Source: Camelus ferus
Taxonomy: Eukaryota
Direction: 5' to 3'
DNA: 64,000 nucleotides
NCBI RefSeq assembly: GCF_009834535.1
Contig: NC_045697.1
Location: 26,228,001-26,292,000 of the forward strand
The notes beneath the pieces are model-generated. The model did not search any database. It was not told the DNA's origin and worked only from the letters and a program-made list of their open reading frames with translations. Below are positions 12,898-25,199 of this stretch, one piece after another (the first letter of the stretch is position 1; every line of letters starts with the position of its first letter). A program made the position numbers and the translations under genes.

Positions 12898-12936
<39 letters not shown>
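12283..12936 (+). mobile_element. 5'-truncated artiodactyl-type L1 with (TAAA)n tail
   Basis: ttaccatacaatccagcaatcccacttctggg..; 3'UTR cagcacagggaactatattca..tgtaaatcaactatacttca; A-tail and (TAAA)n at ~12886-12936. Confidence 0.95.
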
Positions 12937-14509
12937 GCCACAGAAGAAACTTGACCATGCCTGGTAACCTTCTTAGATCTGCTGTCTAAACAATATATAT
13001 ATTTTTAAATACAGGAAAGTACAATTGGTAAGGACTAGTTTTCTTCATTTTCTATGGAAACCTGTTAAATTCCACAAAAGGAAGGTGGAGAAATCTCAGA
13101 ATGTTTCATGTCTAACACTTGCCTTTTATATATATCTGCTCTTCAGTATAGATCCGAATTTGAGTGTCACCTGCGTAGAAAAACTTTCCGTTGCTCAAGG
13201 GCAATAAAAAATTTTTGAAACTATTGACAAAGAGTTTCTCGTTTTGCACTGAATGGTCTTTTGTACACACAAGAAATTGCTTTGCTGTCCTCCCCATGCC
13301 CTGTTGGCCTGTTAAGGTCATGGAGGTTGAGGAGTTAAGATTCATGCATCTGGGAGACAAACACATGCCCAGTGTTTGTTGCCTTTAAAGTCTCACCAGT
13401 AAGGTCAGTGTTAGGTTTGCAATAGAGACTTAAAAAAATACCCTAGTTCACTGGCCAACCTCGCATACATTCTGTGGGCCTTCTTAAACTAGCACTGCCT
13501 TCTAGATACACTATGGAGCTAACTAATTTTGTTACCGTATTATAACAGGAATATGTACACAGTAGCCTCTTCAGACTTAGGATCTTAGTAATTTTTGTTC
13601 CAAAAATGCCTGGTGTGATGCTTTACATTTCATGAAGTATGGTTCAAAGTCACAAGGTCATGGCCCCTGTCAGGGCAGTTGAATGTGCATTGAAATTGTT
13701 TTTAAATTTCTTAAAAAATTACAATAGAAAAATAAGCTGTTATAAATGTAAGGTCATGACAATTTATGTATTTATATTTGAAGTCAGATGTCTATAAACT
13801 TGTATTTGTGTACAGAATTTGCAGTGAGTTTATATATTGTGACATTTTAATTCAAGATTGAGATGTGGTTTACACTTAACAGTAAAAGCTGAAATGAGGC
13901 TATTTACTTTGTTTAAAATTCTGCACTGAGCATGTTTGGAAATGTACATTAATTTGCTGTATATATTATCTTGAATTTGTTTATATCTCCAATTTTTTAC
14001 ACTGAAGATAAAGTAGCTTTCATTACATTCAAACTTTTTTTTTACAGGAATAAACTGTTGGGCTAAATCTATATAAATGTGCTTTTTATTTTCTGTTTAT
14101 ACAATGAGATTTTATACTTGTATCTCACTGCATCAAATCTGATTGCAGAAGTTAAAGTACAATTTTCAAGCAAAAAAAAGAAAGAAACCCTCTTGAATAT
14201 ATATTTTTACATCCCTCATGCTCAGCAGAGTGGCCCCCACAGAATACTTAAATGTTTATTGAATGGGTTTAAATTCTATCTGACTCACAACCCATGCTGT
14301 TTATATTATGACCTGTTTCATTTCCCAAGAATAGTTTCCATTAGTGATGTTCTCCAATTTTCTAATACATTCTGAATGTTCAAAATTTTAGATATTTGAG
14401 GTAGTCTAGTAAAATCAAAAACAGATTTCAATCATTTACTATCAATTTTTCTTGAGCAAATTACCTAAAAATCTCTGGGTATATACTATTTTTCATTCAA
14501 AAAATAATA

Positions 14510-14640
14510 ACAAACATACTTAGTGCTTTCTAGATGTCAGATTTCTTCTGAGCCTTTACATAAATCAACCCATTTAATCTTCACAATCTCCCTGTGAGGT
14601 ATGAGTGGTTATTATCTGTTTCACAAATGTGGAAACAGCT
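14510..14640 (-). mobile_element. MIR fragment
   Basis: catttaatcttcacaatctccctgtgaggta..tttcacaaatgtggaaac. Confidence 0.75.
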
Positions 14641-14972
14641 ATTGCCACAGAAAATGTGGCATTAAAATCCACCCCAAAATCCAATGGCTTAAATTAACAA
14701 TCATATTTTCTTGACTATGTACCTCAGCTGGGGGATAGATGATCTAGGTCGGGTGGGGCTGGGAGACTCTGCTATTGGTTATTGGTTGGCTGGAGGTCAG
14801 CTGGGATGGGCTTAGCTAGGACAACTCCACACCTTTCTCTTTCTTTTCCAGGGTCCAGTTAGATAGACTGGGAGTAGTTTCTTCTAGAAATGGCACAGGT
14901 GCAAGATGTGAACAGTTAACAAGTTCCTTTCAAGCTTCTGCTTGTGCCACATCTGCTAATAGCTCATTAGAT
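14636..14972 (-). mobile_element. MLT1 (H/G-like) MaLR LTR
   Basis: ccaccccaaaatccaatggcttaa..; tttcaagcttctgcttgtgccacatctgctaat. Confidence 0.75.
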
Positions 14973-17937
14973 TCTCTGTTCCACAATTTGTCACTCTGTT
15001 ATCCAAAATTGTTCCTTGTGAAGCCAGAGTTTCATACAATTGCTAAAAATTAGTCCTGAGGGAGAAGACAGAATTCTGGCTCCCTTCTCCAGGTCTGCTT
15101 CCTCATCTTTGGCTCATGATAAAGTTTATCTTTAAAATTTGCATCCCTTTTTCTCGGTCATGCAGTAAACACATTCATGAATATAACAGAAGTGTGTAGG
15201 AACAGTGTTGTCTACCTGGGCAGTGGCCAGACAATGTCTTGATACACAAGTTTGTTCATATGATTAAATGTCTGTGTGCAGATTTGTATATCTTCTAGTT
15301 TATCGAAGGTTGGACCAGACTTTCTGAGTTGTCAAATATGATCTCATCATTTTACTGATGGAAAACCAAGTATCAAAGAGATTAAGTTTGACTTTTCCAT
15401 TGGAACAGTCGTCTAAGTAGTAAGTCTCATGCTCCACTCCGGACCTCCTAACTGAAGAATATGTAAAACAGCTGATATAAGGAATCCAAGGGAATAGTAA
15501 ATTTGCCTGTGCAGCATACAATTATGAAAGGAACTCTGCAGCACAACTGTGCCCTGTATGACCTGTCCTCCTGTGCGGTGCCCACTGTTAGGAAGTTATC
15601 ACAACCAGGACATACCTCTGTCACTCCTCTCACCTTTCCTGTTTTTGGTCTTGAAACTGAAATCACACTTTGCACACTGAGGCTCTCCAGAAAAATGACC
15701 CTATATGATTATTCTATATTGTTTGATTTTTAGAGGAACGTACACAAAATAATTAAAAAATATACCATGTGTTGATTTTATGCTTGGTAATCATAAGTAT
15801 GAACCAACACATTTTCTGAAAAGACTTATGCAGTAGAAGCAAGGTTATTATTAACAGATTATTCCTCAAAAATAATAAAATATACTGTAGCACTTCTCAA
15901 ATTACATATCCAATGTTCTTGGTGCCCTGAATAGGGAGAAAATCTATGAAAACTCTACCAGGAGTTGTGTACTTTTAGTTGAGTCACATATCCTACTGCT
16001 TACATAAAACTGCTCATGTCTATTTTTTCTCCCTCTGTGAGTTAGGTGCACTTATCAAAGTATCTATACTAGATTAGACACTCAATAAGTACCCTATGTA
16101 TTATCTGAGAGTAATTCAACATGCCCATGTGTTTAGAAACATTCTATTCTCCCATTTGTTAAATATGATTGGTTTATGATTGATAAGACAAATAAACTAT
16201 ATTTTTACCTTAAACTTAAAGTTTTATTATGATTTATTTTTTAGGATACATCAAGAGTTTGCCTTACTTGTTTTGTTAGGTCAAACTCCAGAAAAAATAT
16301 CATTAATAACACCAGGAGTTCACTCTAGTACACTATCAATTTTGAGTAGGAGAATTATGACAAATCTTTTCTCACATCCCCATTTAGCATTCACACTCTG
16401 CCAACACTGAGCATTAAGAGGTTTATTTTTTATTTTTTCAAGCTCAATTTTGTTGTCAGAAATGTTTGGAAATTGTCAGAAATTGGCTTGGATTGGCAAA
16501 AATATTGCTTGGTGGCCTACTTTAAATTCTTTAACCCAGTCACACTTATCATCTAGAAATGGCAGAACAGCTTTAATAAATAAGCCTTTTAAAAGCATTT
16601 CCTCCAGATATAGCTAGCTCAGTGGTTCTGAAGTTGTAGGAAAAAGAGCTATTCAAGGAGAGAAGGGAGTCCTTCAGAGCAAGATGACAGAAGGAAACAA
16701 GTAGCAAGCGGATGGAAGTAATGGGTCAAAGCACTAAAGAACCAAAGGTGGAAAGAGAATTCCTCCTGGAGCAAACATGTGAAAATAGAACAATTGTATT
16801 CTGACATTTGCAGGACGAGAAAAATAATGAGGATGTGTTTGAAGAAAAGTAAATGATAAATTTAGATCTTGCTTGCTTCAAAGTTCTCCCTTTTGCTAAC
16901 TCTTAAGGTGAAATTATTAGCAGTAAATAGATTAAGGCGACATGGAAAGAAAATAATGCTAGCAGTTATTTGTATACTAGTTATTAGTATTCATTTCAAA
17001 AGCCATATATGGGTCTTTTAATTTCCTTTGCCTGCTGTGCTTACTGAGTATTTGCTGTAGAGGCTTCAATATATGTAACTTAATGAATGAGTAAATGGAT
17101 AAAGTCATTGAGTCTTGGTGCAGAGAAGGGTGAGAGTTTAGCTCTATCCAAAAGGAATTCCCATGCTTGAACCCCAGCTGGAATTTTTCTAATTCAAAGC
17201 AGAACTGCATTTACTTGGGTGGGACAATACCCAGCAGCCTACTCTCTTCCTGTTGAGGGAGAACATGATGTTTACTGCAAGTGAGGAGAAACCTTTTCTT
17301 TCCCTGAGACTAATACAAGGTTAACAGCTGGCAACAGGATTATGGCCATGCTCTCTAGGAAGTCTAGTTTCTGGTATATTTCTGCCTTTAGTTTGTTGCT
17401 TGTTTATTGACTTTTTTGGGGGGACAAAACAGAGCTGGCCTAGGAATTAATGTCAGATGATAACATTTGTCAGGCTAGATCCTGCTCAGGCATTGCCTGG
17501 TCAATGATCTAGCAACAACAAAAATCCCATTTAACAAGGATTTATTGAACACCTACTTTGCAGCATCAAAAGACCAGAAACCAAAAAACCTGAAAACTGA
17601 CTTAAGGAGTGTATATTATCCAGAGACAAACATACATATCAAAAGAAAAATATTTCTTTGTTACAAGGACCTTATGCAAATATGAAGAGACTTCTATAAA
17701 AGCACAGAAAGGTCAGAGATGTTTTCATTAATATCAAATTCAACATAAAGTTAAATCATTACAATTAGTTTGTCATTGTAGACAGTGCCCTTCTACTCTC
17801 CCAAACTATCCAGGATTTTTTTTTTAAACTTGTTTTTAGACTACATTAATTACACTACTCATTGAATTCTGGAAAGTAGGAATTATGGAAGTAATAACTA
17901 CTAGCAATATGATTTTTTTAAGTTTAGTTTTGTCTTT

Positions 17938-18250
17938 TATTTATTTATTCAACAAATATTTGCATGTTAGCCATAAGCTTTATACTGTTTAACATATGAC
18001 TAACAGAGTCACTGATTTCCAGATGTTCAAAATGTGAGGAGAGACACAAACATATAATTATAGACTATAGTAAGTTTAGTAACAAAAAAAAAGGGATAGG
18101 GCATTAAGGAGATAGCTGATAAAGAAGAAACTGGGAGGATCAAGGACAATTTCCTAGAGGAGACAATTCCTGAGTTAAGTGTAAAATGGAATGTAGGGTT
18201 TTGGAAATTGGGGTCTGAAGGTGGTGAGACATTTCAAAGGAATGGAGATT
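17938..18250 (-). mobile_element. L2 fragment
   Basis: atttattcaacaaatatttg..gggaggatcaaggacaatttcctagaggagacaattcctgagttaagt. Confidence 0.65.
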
Positions 18251-18531
18251 TTAGGTTTTCAAAAACCTAAAACTGTCAAATACTTATGGAGATGTGGAGC
18301 AACTGGTGAGAGTATGAAATGGTAAAACCACTTTGGAAAATTATCTGTTTCTAGTAACATAATCATACAACTATTTCATTACCCAGAAGTTTTATTCTTA
18401 TACTCTCTTCTCAAGATAAGTAAATTTTTCCACAAAAAAAGCATTGTGCAAAACGTTCATAGGAATGTTACTCATTATTGTCCCAAAATTGAAGTAGTCT
18501 TAATGTCCATTTGTAGAAGAATAGATAAAAA

Positions 18532-18977
18532 CGTGTTAGGATTTTCCTACTGCTACAACAAATTACCAAAGCTTAGTAACTTAAAATATAAATTTATTCT
18601 CTTATAATTCTAAAAGTCAGGAGCTTAAAATGGGTCATTTAGGGCTAAAACCAAGGTGTCAGAAAGGCTAGTTCCTTCTGGAGGTTCCAAAGTATTAGCT
18701 TGTAGAGGCTGTGACATTCTTAGCTCTTGGCTGTGTCACTTCAATCTGTGCTTCCAACATCACATCAACTTGTCCTTATTTTCACCTCCCACTTTCCTCT
18801 TATAAGGATTTTTGTGATCATGCTGGACCCACCAGAATAATGCAGAATAATTTCTCAGCTCAAGGTCCTTAACTTAATTACATCTGCAAAGTCCCTTTTG
18901 AATATAAGGTAACAAATCACAGGTTCTAGGTATGAGAACACAGACATCGTGGGGAGTTCATTATTCAGCCTGACACA
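18532..18977 (-). mobile_element. MLT1C-like MaLR solo LTR
   Basis: acaaattacc..gggctaaaaccaaggtgtcag..ccttaacttaattacatctgcaaagtccctttt..ttattcagcctgacaca. Confidence 0.9.
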
Positions 18978-19139
18978 AGATTGTTTATCATTTATTCTTA
19001 CAATGGAATAGCACTCAGCAATAAAAAGGAACGCATTAATCATACATGTAAAGATATGGATGAATCTTTTGGACATAATGTTAAGCAAAAGAAGGTGGTC
19101 ATAGAAAGATTATAATGCATGATTCTAAATTAACTTGTT

Positions 19140-19284
19140 TTTTAAAAATTTATTTTTTAAAATCCTTTTTTGGGGAGGATGTAATTAGCTTTCTTTCTTC
19201 CTTTCCTTTTTTAGAGGAGGTACTGGAGACTGAACCCAGGTGCATGCTAAGCATGTACTCTACCATTTGAGCTATATTCTCCCC
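19140..19284 (-). mobile_element. Camelid tRNA-derived SINE (Vic-1 type)
   Basis: Reverse complement reads ggggagaatatagctcaaatggtagagtacatgcttagcatgcac-ctgggttcagtctccagtacctcctctaaaaaa..ctaattacatcctcccc; degenerate TSD at 19120-19139 and 19285-19302. Confidence 0.85.
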
Positions 19285-19662
19285 TGATTAAACTAACCTG
19301 TTGTTATAGAGGCAAAACCAGAGGTTCCCTCAGGTGATGACAGTAACTAGAGAGGGACCTTGGGAAAGTTTATGGAGTGATAGAAATATTCTGCATCTTG
19401 ATCTGTTGTGTAACTATATTGATCTGTTGTATTTTACTGTATATAATCCCCCAATTTTAAATGTATTCATTTTCTTTTGAGCACTATGGTTCTTCTTCTT
19501 CTACTTTAATAATTTAATCTTACCATGTTTAACACTGAATTCTTTATCCTGGTTTTCACAAATTCATATTTGCTGTTTCTCCTGTGATTCCCATTTTTAG
19601 TCAACAGCACCTATCTCCCTTGGTTTCCCAGGAGACATGACTCTGAATTCTCTACCACCCTC

Positions 19663-20830
19663 TGTGTCAGGGACTCCAAGATCACTCATAGGCTCCAGGA
19701 TTTGCTAAAAGGACATGCAGGACTCAGAAAAATGATTATACTCTTGTCTATAGTTTATCACAGTAAAATTGAGACAGGAAGGGGGCAGGACACAGCCATT
19801 CAAGGAATGCCACAACAATTAACATCAAAATGGTGAAGAATTCAACCCCCAATAGGCCTTGAGGCTCAAGATGATGAGAGATTTAACTTCTAGCAGACCT
19901 TGAGCTTCATTATAGCCCATTGTAATATATTAACATGGTGAGTAACATGCCCACAGGCACCACGGCAGTCTCAAGGCTAGCCACAAAAGGTCAAAGAGTG
20001 GGAAATGGCCAGCTTCCTGGGAATCCCAGCCCCTTCCCCAGGCTAGTTAAACTGGTCCTTCCACTTATTAGCTATGAAGCCACCAAGCCCATAAAAATCA
20101 GCAATACCAAGCCTCGGGGCTGCCTCTCTCTCTCTCCCTCTTTGAATGTGTACCTACTTTCAATCTGAGCACCCAACCCCCACACCTCTGGCCTTTCTCT
20201 TGCCTTTCAATGCATCTCTCTGAATAAATCTACCTTCACTCAACTGTGGCTAGCTCTTGAATTCTTTCCTGCATGAAGCCAAGGACCCACACTTGGTGAG
20301 GCACGTCCCAGGGGCTCAACAGAGACCTAGGACATGGCCTTCCTCATGCCCCACATCTGTTTTCCTGCATCATATAGACATAGATTAAAATCAGCCAAGG
20401 GAAAATGCACTTGTCTAAAGCCCAGGAGAAACAAGGAGCAAATGTCTAAGCCTCCTCTTCCAGTGAAGTAGTACACTTAATGTGCATTAATGAAGATGCA
20501 CTTAATTCTCCCAACAATCTGCAAAGTGTGGCTAACTATGAAAGTTCATCCAAGCCATGGTGTCCAGGGTTTTTACTGGGGGTCAGTCTTGTAAGTATGC
20601 AGCCACTTTGACTCCAACACCCCATCCCCCTCCTCATGCTTACTCAACCTCAGGAAAAGACATCAAGACCTCAGGCAAACAAAAACACTCTTCTTAGGCA
20701 GAATATTCCAAGGGCTGGGAGGTTATCTCCTAGGAGCTGCCCAAGGGTCAGCCCTGAAGTCATGCTTTTCTTTTGAATGCTCAGGGTTTCAAGCAACCCT
20801 GGCTTGCTTTGTAACCCTTTGCTTCCTACA
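19663..20830 (-). mobile_element. MER21C/MER77-like ERVL LTR, split by a nested LTR
   Basis: caggactcagaaaaatgattatactc.. | gattaaaatcagccaagggaaaa..aaaaacactcttcttaggcagaatattccaagggct..taaccctttgcttcctaca. Confidence 0.8.
19770..20372 (+). mobile_element. MER41-like ERV1 solo LTR
   Basis: TG..CA ends; catgcccacaggcaccacggcagt, aataaatctaccttcact, gaattctttcctgcatgaagccaaggaccc and terminal tttcctgcatca are MER41-group motifs. Confidence 0.8.
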
Positions 20831-20849
20831 CTGGTTTGGAAGCAACATG

Positions 20850-21910
20850 AATTCTGCCTTTGCTGTATCTCTTAGACCTAGCTTTTCTTTTCTAATTTCC
20901 TAGTCCTCACATTACTTCCAGGCCTCATCTTCAATCATCTAGTCTATTCTCATAGCAACCAAATGGGTGGTTTGACTACCATTTCTCACTCACCCAAATA
21001 GATCTTCCACACTCTTGTCAGAGTTCTCTTTCTAAAAATCAAATTTGATAATGCCACTGCTACACTGTTGACAATACTTTTAACGTCCATTATTTATACA
21101 GTATCATGTATCTTTTAAGAAACAATAATGTACAACTCTATTCATTACATTGGAGCTTTATATTCAATATGTTTGTAAGTAGAAAAAGCTAGAGACAAAA
21201 CACCACATGTATTACATTCTTGTGAGTGTGTGTATGTGTGTATGTGTGTATGTGTGTGAGTGTGTGTATTTATCAAACAGCCTGGAAAAACTGCCCATAA
21301 ATATTGCTAGTGGTTATCCCTGAGTGGTTTAGAAAACTGGTGATTTTATTTTCTTAGGTATATCTCAGGAATGTTCTAATTTTTAAATGAACATGTCCTA
21401 ATTTAAAACACAATAAAGTTATTAGACATATCTGTGGCTTGTCAGTGGCTCAAAGATTAAATGTGAACTGTTTCATGTGGCTTAAAAGACCTCAGGTACA
21501 GAGCGGCTCCACCTGATTTTCCATCCTCTTTTCCTGAAACTTCAAACCATGAACCCTGCTCTGTAGTCCTATTGAACTTACTGCAACTCCTGAACATCTC
21601 TGCTTGGTCAGCCCTTGATGCCTTTACCTTTTTGCTTTTATGCCAAGAATGTCTGTCTTTTCTTTGTCTGGAAACTGCTTCCTTTCAAGAACCAAATAAA
21701 ATGTTAGGAATACTTTCCCAGTGTCCCAGGTAGAATTAAGACACTGGCACCAGTGATCCCATGGCATTTTGTCAGCATATGTTTTATAAAATTTAGCACA
21801 TAAAATTTAAAGTTTGTTGTCTATTTTTCTCTACTAGAGCTGGAGGATTCTAATTAAAACACTGTTGTGTCAATGTGTTTATTTCATGGGCTTTTCACAG
21901 TGCCTGGCAA
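20850..21910 (+). mobile_element. Fragmented L2 with an internal old L1 piece and a microsatellite
   Basis: tcttccacactcttgtcagagttctctttctaaaaatcaaatttgataatgccact..; end ctctctactagagctg..ttcacagtgcctggca. Confidence 0.6.
21221..21268. repeat. (TG)/(TGTGTA)n microsatellite
   Basis: Direct observation. Confidence 0.9.
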
Positions 21911-22681
21911 TACTCTTTAAAAAATTAATAACTCATCTCTTTTCATGGAGATAAGGAAAAGAGCAGTAATTTATAGACATGTAAACATCAATTGTCATAT
22001 CTGCTACCAGCTAATACAGTTTGTGAAGTTTCACTTTTTCTTATGCCAAAAAAAGCTCTTCTTTCTGTTCAGAGAATAAGAATCAGTAGGTTATGCAGAT
22101 TTGACTTATGCCTTTAGATGGTGCCATTACTTAGAATATTTGATCCAATGTCCAATTTCTGTGGCATTTATGTCTAGTTTCCCCATATTCAAATACCTCT
22201 TATAATCAAATAGTTCTCAATTTTGCAATTCAACTTCTGGCTGTAATTGATGGACAAGGATGAATAAAATACCAATGAGAAAGAATATGTCATTTCACAT
22301 TCTATTTTTCCTTGGATTACACTGCTGAATAAAAGTACCTAGAGCTGTCCACCTTCCATTTTTTTCAACATTCAAGTAAAGGTAATTGCTCAGAATTTCT
22401 AGGAAATGTCATCCAGATAAATATCCTAGTGATAGCCGCAGATTCAAAACTAGGATCTGATTATGTCAAAAGACTCAGGTAGATAATATTTGCCTTCTTG
22501 ATGAAGGGTCATGGCTAGGAATAACATCTGTTAGAATAGAAAAGAATGAGCCAAGAAACTTAGGGAAGCATGCCTCAGATTTCAAAGACTCAGAATAAGA
22601 TGGAAGAAGCAGATTCTTATCAAAGGTTTAAGTATCCTTGTGAGTTTTTAAAATCTATTTATCTATCTACATATAATTTCA

Positions 22682-23255
22682 TGTATGATGGTTAACTTTA
22701 TGTGCCATTTTCACTGGGCTGAGAGGTGGTCAAATATTCAAACATTATTCTGGGTGTTCCTGGAGGTTGTTTTGGAATGCGATTAACATTAAAATCTGTA
22801 GATGAAGTAAAGCAGACTGCCTTTCCTAATGTGAGTGGGCCTCAAGCAGTCAACTGAAGGCCTGAACAGAACAAAAAGCTGATCCTTCTTTGAGTAAGAG
22901 AGAATCTCTGTCTGATTGTCTTCGAATTGGACATCGGCTTTTTCCTACATTTTCACTCAAACAGAAACATTGGCTTTTCCTTGGGTCTCAACACTGTGGG
23001 ATCTTCCTTCTTCCTGGACCTACACCCTCAGTTCTCCTGGTTCTTAGGCCTTTGGACTTGAACTACAACTATACTACCTAGGTTCTCCTAGGTCTTCAGC
23101 TTGAAACTCACCTGCAGATCTTGGGACTTAGAAGCTTCCATAGTCATCAAATGAGCCAATTTCTCATAATTAATTAATTTATTATATATATTATCTATCT
23201 ATCTATCTATCTATCTCCTATTGCCTCTGTTTCTCTAGAGAACCCTGCCAATACA
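22682..23255 (+). mobile_element. MLT2B-like ERVL solo LTR
   Basis: tgatggttaactttatgtg..gtaaagcagactgcctttcctaatgtgagtgggcctc..(TATC)n..ctctagagaaccctgccaataca. Confidence 0.9.
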
Positions 23256-24199
23256 ATATGGATTAGTAAGTTTTATTCTAGGCAGTGGTATTGACAAATG
23301 ATTCAGAGCCATGGGTAAAACACTGAAAGGACCAATTCATTTTTCTTATTAAATCATGTTGCCTCAATCAATACATAATAAACTAAAACCACAATCAATT
23401 GGGAAATTAAAAAAAAAAAAACTTCATATTTTGTTTAGCATTAAAGTTTTATAAAAATTGTGCTTTTAAATATTATGTTTGTAGATTTATTTTAAATGAG
23501 TGGAGAAAGGAAAAACAGAAATAATTTTGCAAATAAAAAAGAAAAATTAATTTTTGTCAAGTGCTTGAAAATTTAATGCAATATTCCATAATTAGGCTTA
23601 GGTAAATGGATATGGTTTGAAAAGAAAGAGAGAAAGACAAAGAAAATAGAGCAAAAGGTACCAGAACTTCAAAATGAGTATCTGTCAATAGTAATTTTGA
23701 ATTTCTGATTTCCCCTAGTTAGAATAAACATTGGAACATGCCTCTCTGCCATGATGATTTTTTTTTCCTACCTTGGAACATTCATACCACAGGCAAAGAA
23801 TAAAAAACAGTCTGACCTTTGATTGGCACCAATTTTTGTACCAGTTATCTAGTCCTACAAGACAATCTACTGCAAAACTTCATAGCTTACAGTCATGATC
23901 ATTTTTCTTATCTCAGAATTTTCTGGATAAGCTAGATGGTTTTCTGTATCTAGATGGATTTTTGCTGGGCTTTCTCATGTGTCTGGGGGCAGCTGGTAAG
24001 TTTGTGATGGTCAAATGATTCTGGATGAACTCACTCATGTTTCTGGGGATTAGCGTGCAGTTAACTAGGGCACTTGAATTCTCTGCATGGTCTGCTATCC
24101 TCTAGCAGGCTAGCGTAGGCTCTATTACATTAGTCTCAAGGTTCCGAAGTGAACACTTTCCAAATCTCTGTTTATGTTGCCTTTTCTATTGTTCAGTTG

Positions 24200-24720
24200 G
24201 TAATAGGGAAGAACAAATCTGACTCCATATTAGATCAGTTCCTTTGGCTCTAACCCTGTGCTCTGTTTCCTGTGCTTAGTCATGCTGGTTCTGCACCTTT
24301 TGTAAAAGAGTGTTGCCTACAGCCTGAAATATACAGGATAGCCTATTCTCAAGGCTCTGATCTTTAAGGGTATTAACACTTTTCCATTCACATAGGGATA
24401 AAAAGTTGCAGAATAGAAAATAACATTTGTTTTGTTGGAGGTTTACAGGGACACCATGACCTGACCCACGTGGACAGCTGCAAGAACAAAGGATTCCAAC
24501 ACCAAGAAGTTTGCAACAACCAACTATATATACTCCCTCCCGTTTTTAGTATAAAAGGAGCCTGTATTCTGACTTGGAGAAGATAGTTCTCCTGGATATT
24601 AGTCTGCCTTCTTTCGGTCTCCCAGCTTTCCAAATAAAGTCATCATTCCTTGCCCCAACACCATCTCCTGATTTATTGACCTGACGTGAGGCAAGCAGAA
24701 TGACTTTAGACTCAGTAAAA
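24200..24720 (+). mobile_element. ERV1 solo LTR (MER34/MER39-related)
   Basis: agggaagaacaaatctgactccatatt; TATA-like tagtataaaagg; poly(A) signal aataaagtc; end tttagactcagtaa. Confidence 0.8.
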
Positions 24721-24785
24721 AATTCTCCAAAGAAAGTCATATAGCCAAGATTTGTGTTAGCAAGGGAGTGGGTATATCTACAATA

Positions 24786-25133
24786 AAATAGTCCCTCCTT
24801 ATCTGTGGGCAATACATTCCAAGACCCCTAGTGGATGCCTGAAACTGTGGATAGTACTGAACTCTATATATACTATCTTTTTTTTTTTTTTCAATACTAT
24901 TGGGCAAGTAGTGTATTCAGTGTGGAATTTCTGGGGAAAGGGATGATTTGTGCCCTGGGTGAGACTGAGCTGGATGCTGCAAAATTTCATCACACTACTT
25001 AGAATAGGATGCAACATAAAATTTATGAATTATTTATTTCTGGAGTTTTCCATTTAATATTTTTGGACTGTGGTTGACAGCAGGTAACTGAAACTGTGGA
25101 TAGTGAAACCACAGATAAGCAGGGGGACTGCTG
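24786..25133 (-). mobile_element. MER44 (Tigger7-derived) DNA transposon
   Basis: TIRs tagtccctccttatctgtgg / ccacagataagcagggggactgctg with flanking TA; internal tttccatttaatatttttggactgtggttgac. Confidence 0.9.
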
Positions 25134-25199
25134 TAACAGAAACAAGGAGAAGAAAATTCTGTGATCACTTCTTTTCAATCTATGCTTTGAAAGAAAAGA

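Larger units (their letters stand above)
18265..19460 (+). mobile_element. Old L1 (L1ME/MD-type) 3' region, interrupted by MLT1C and a SINE
   Basis: gagatgtggagcaactgg..aaaccactttggaaaa; resumes with caatggaatagcactcagcaataaaaagga; ends near gatagaaatattctgcatcttgatctg. Confidence 0.75.
23870..25185 (-). mobile_element. MLT1-type MaLR LTR, interrupted by an ERV1 LTR and MER44
   Basis: gctgggctttctcatgtgtctggggg..ctatcctctagcaggctagc..ctattgttcagttgg | ccaaagaaagtcatatagccaag. Confidence 0.65.

Noticed and set aside
13014..13026. 13-nt micro-exon (tacag|gaaagtacaattg|gtaagg)
   Set aside because: Too short to distinguish from chance.
16814..16848. Micro-exon candidate (tttgcag|DEKNNEDVFEE|gtaaat)
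   Set aside because: Weak splice signals, no recognisable protein and no partner exons; expected by chance.
19200..19284. tRNA gene
   Set aside because: It is a tRNA-like SINE head with a deletion, tail and TSD, not an intact cloverleaf.
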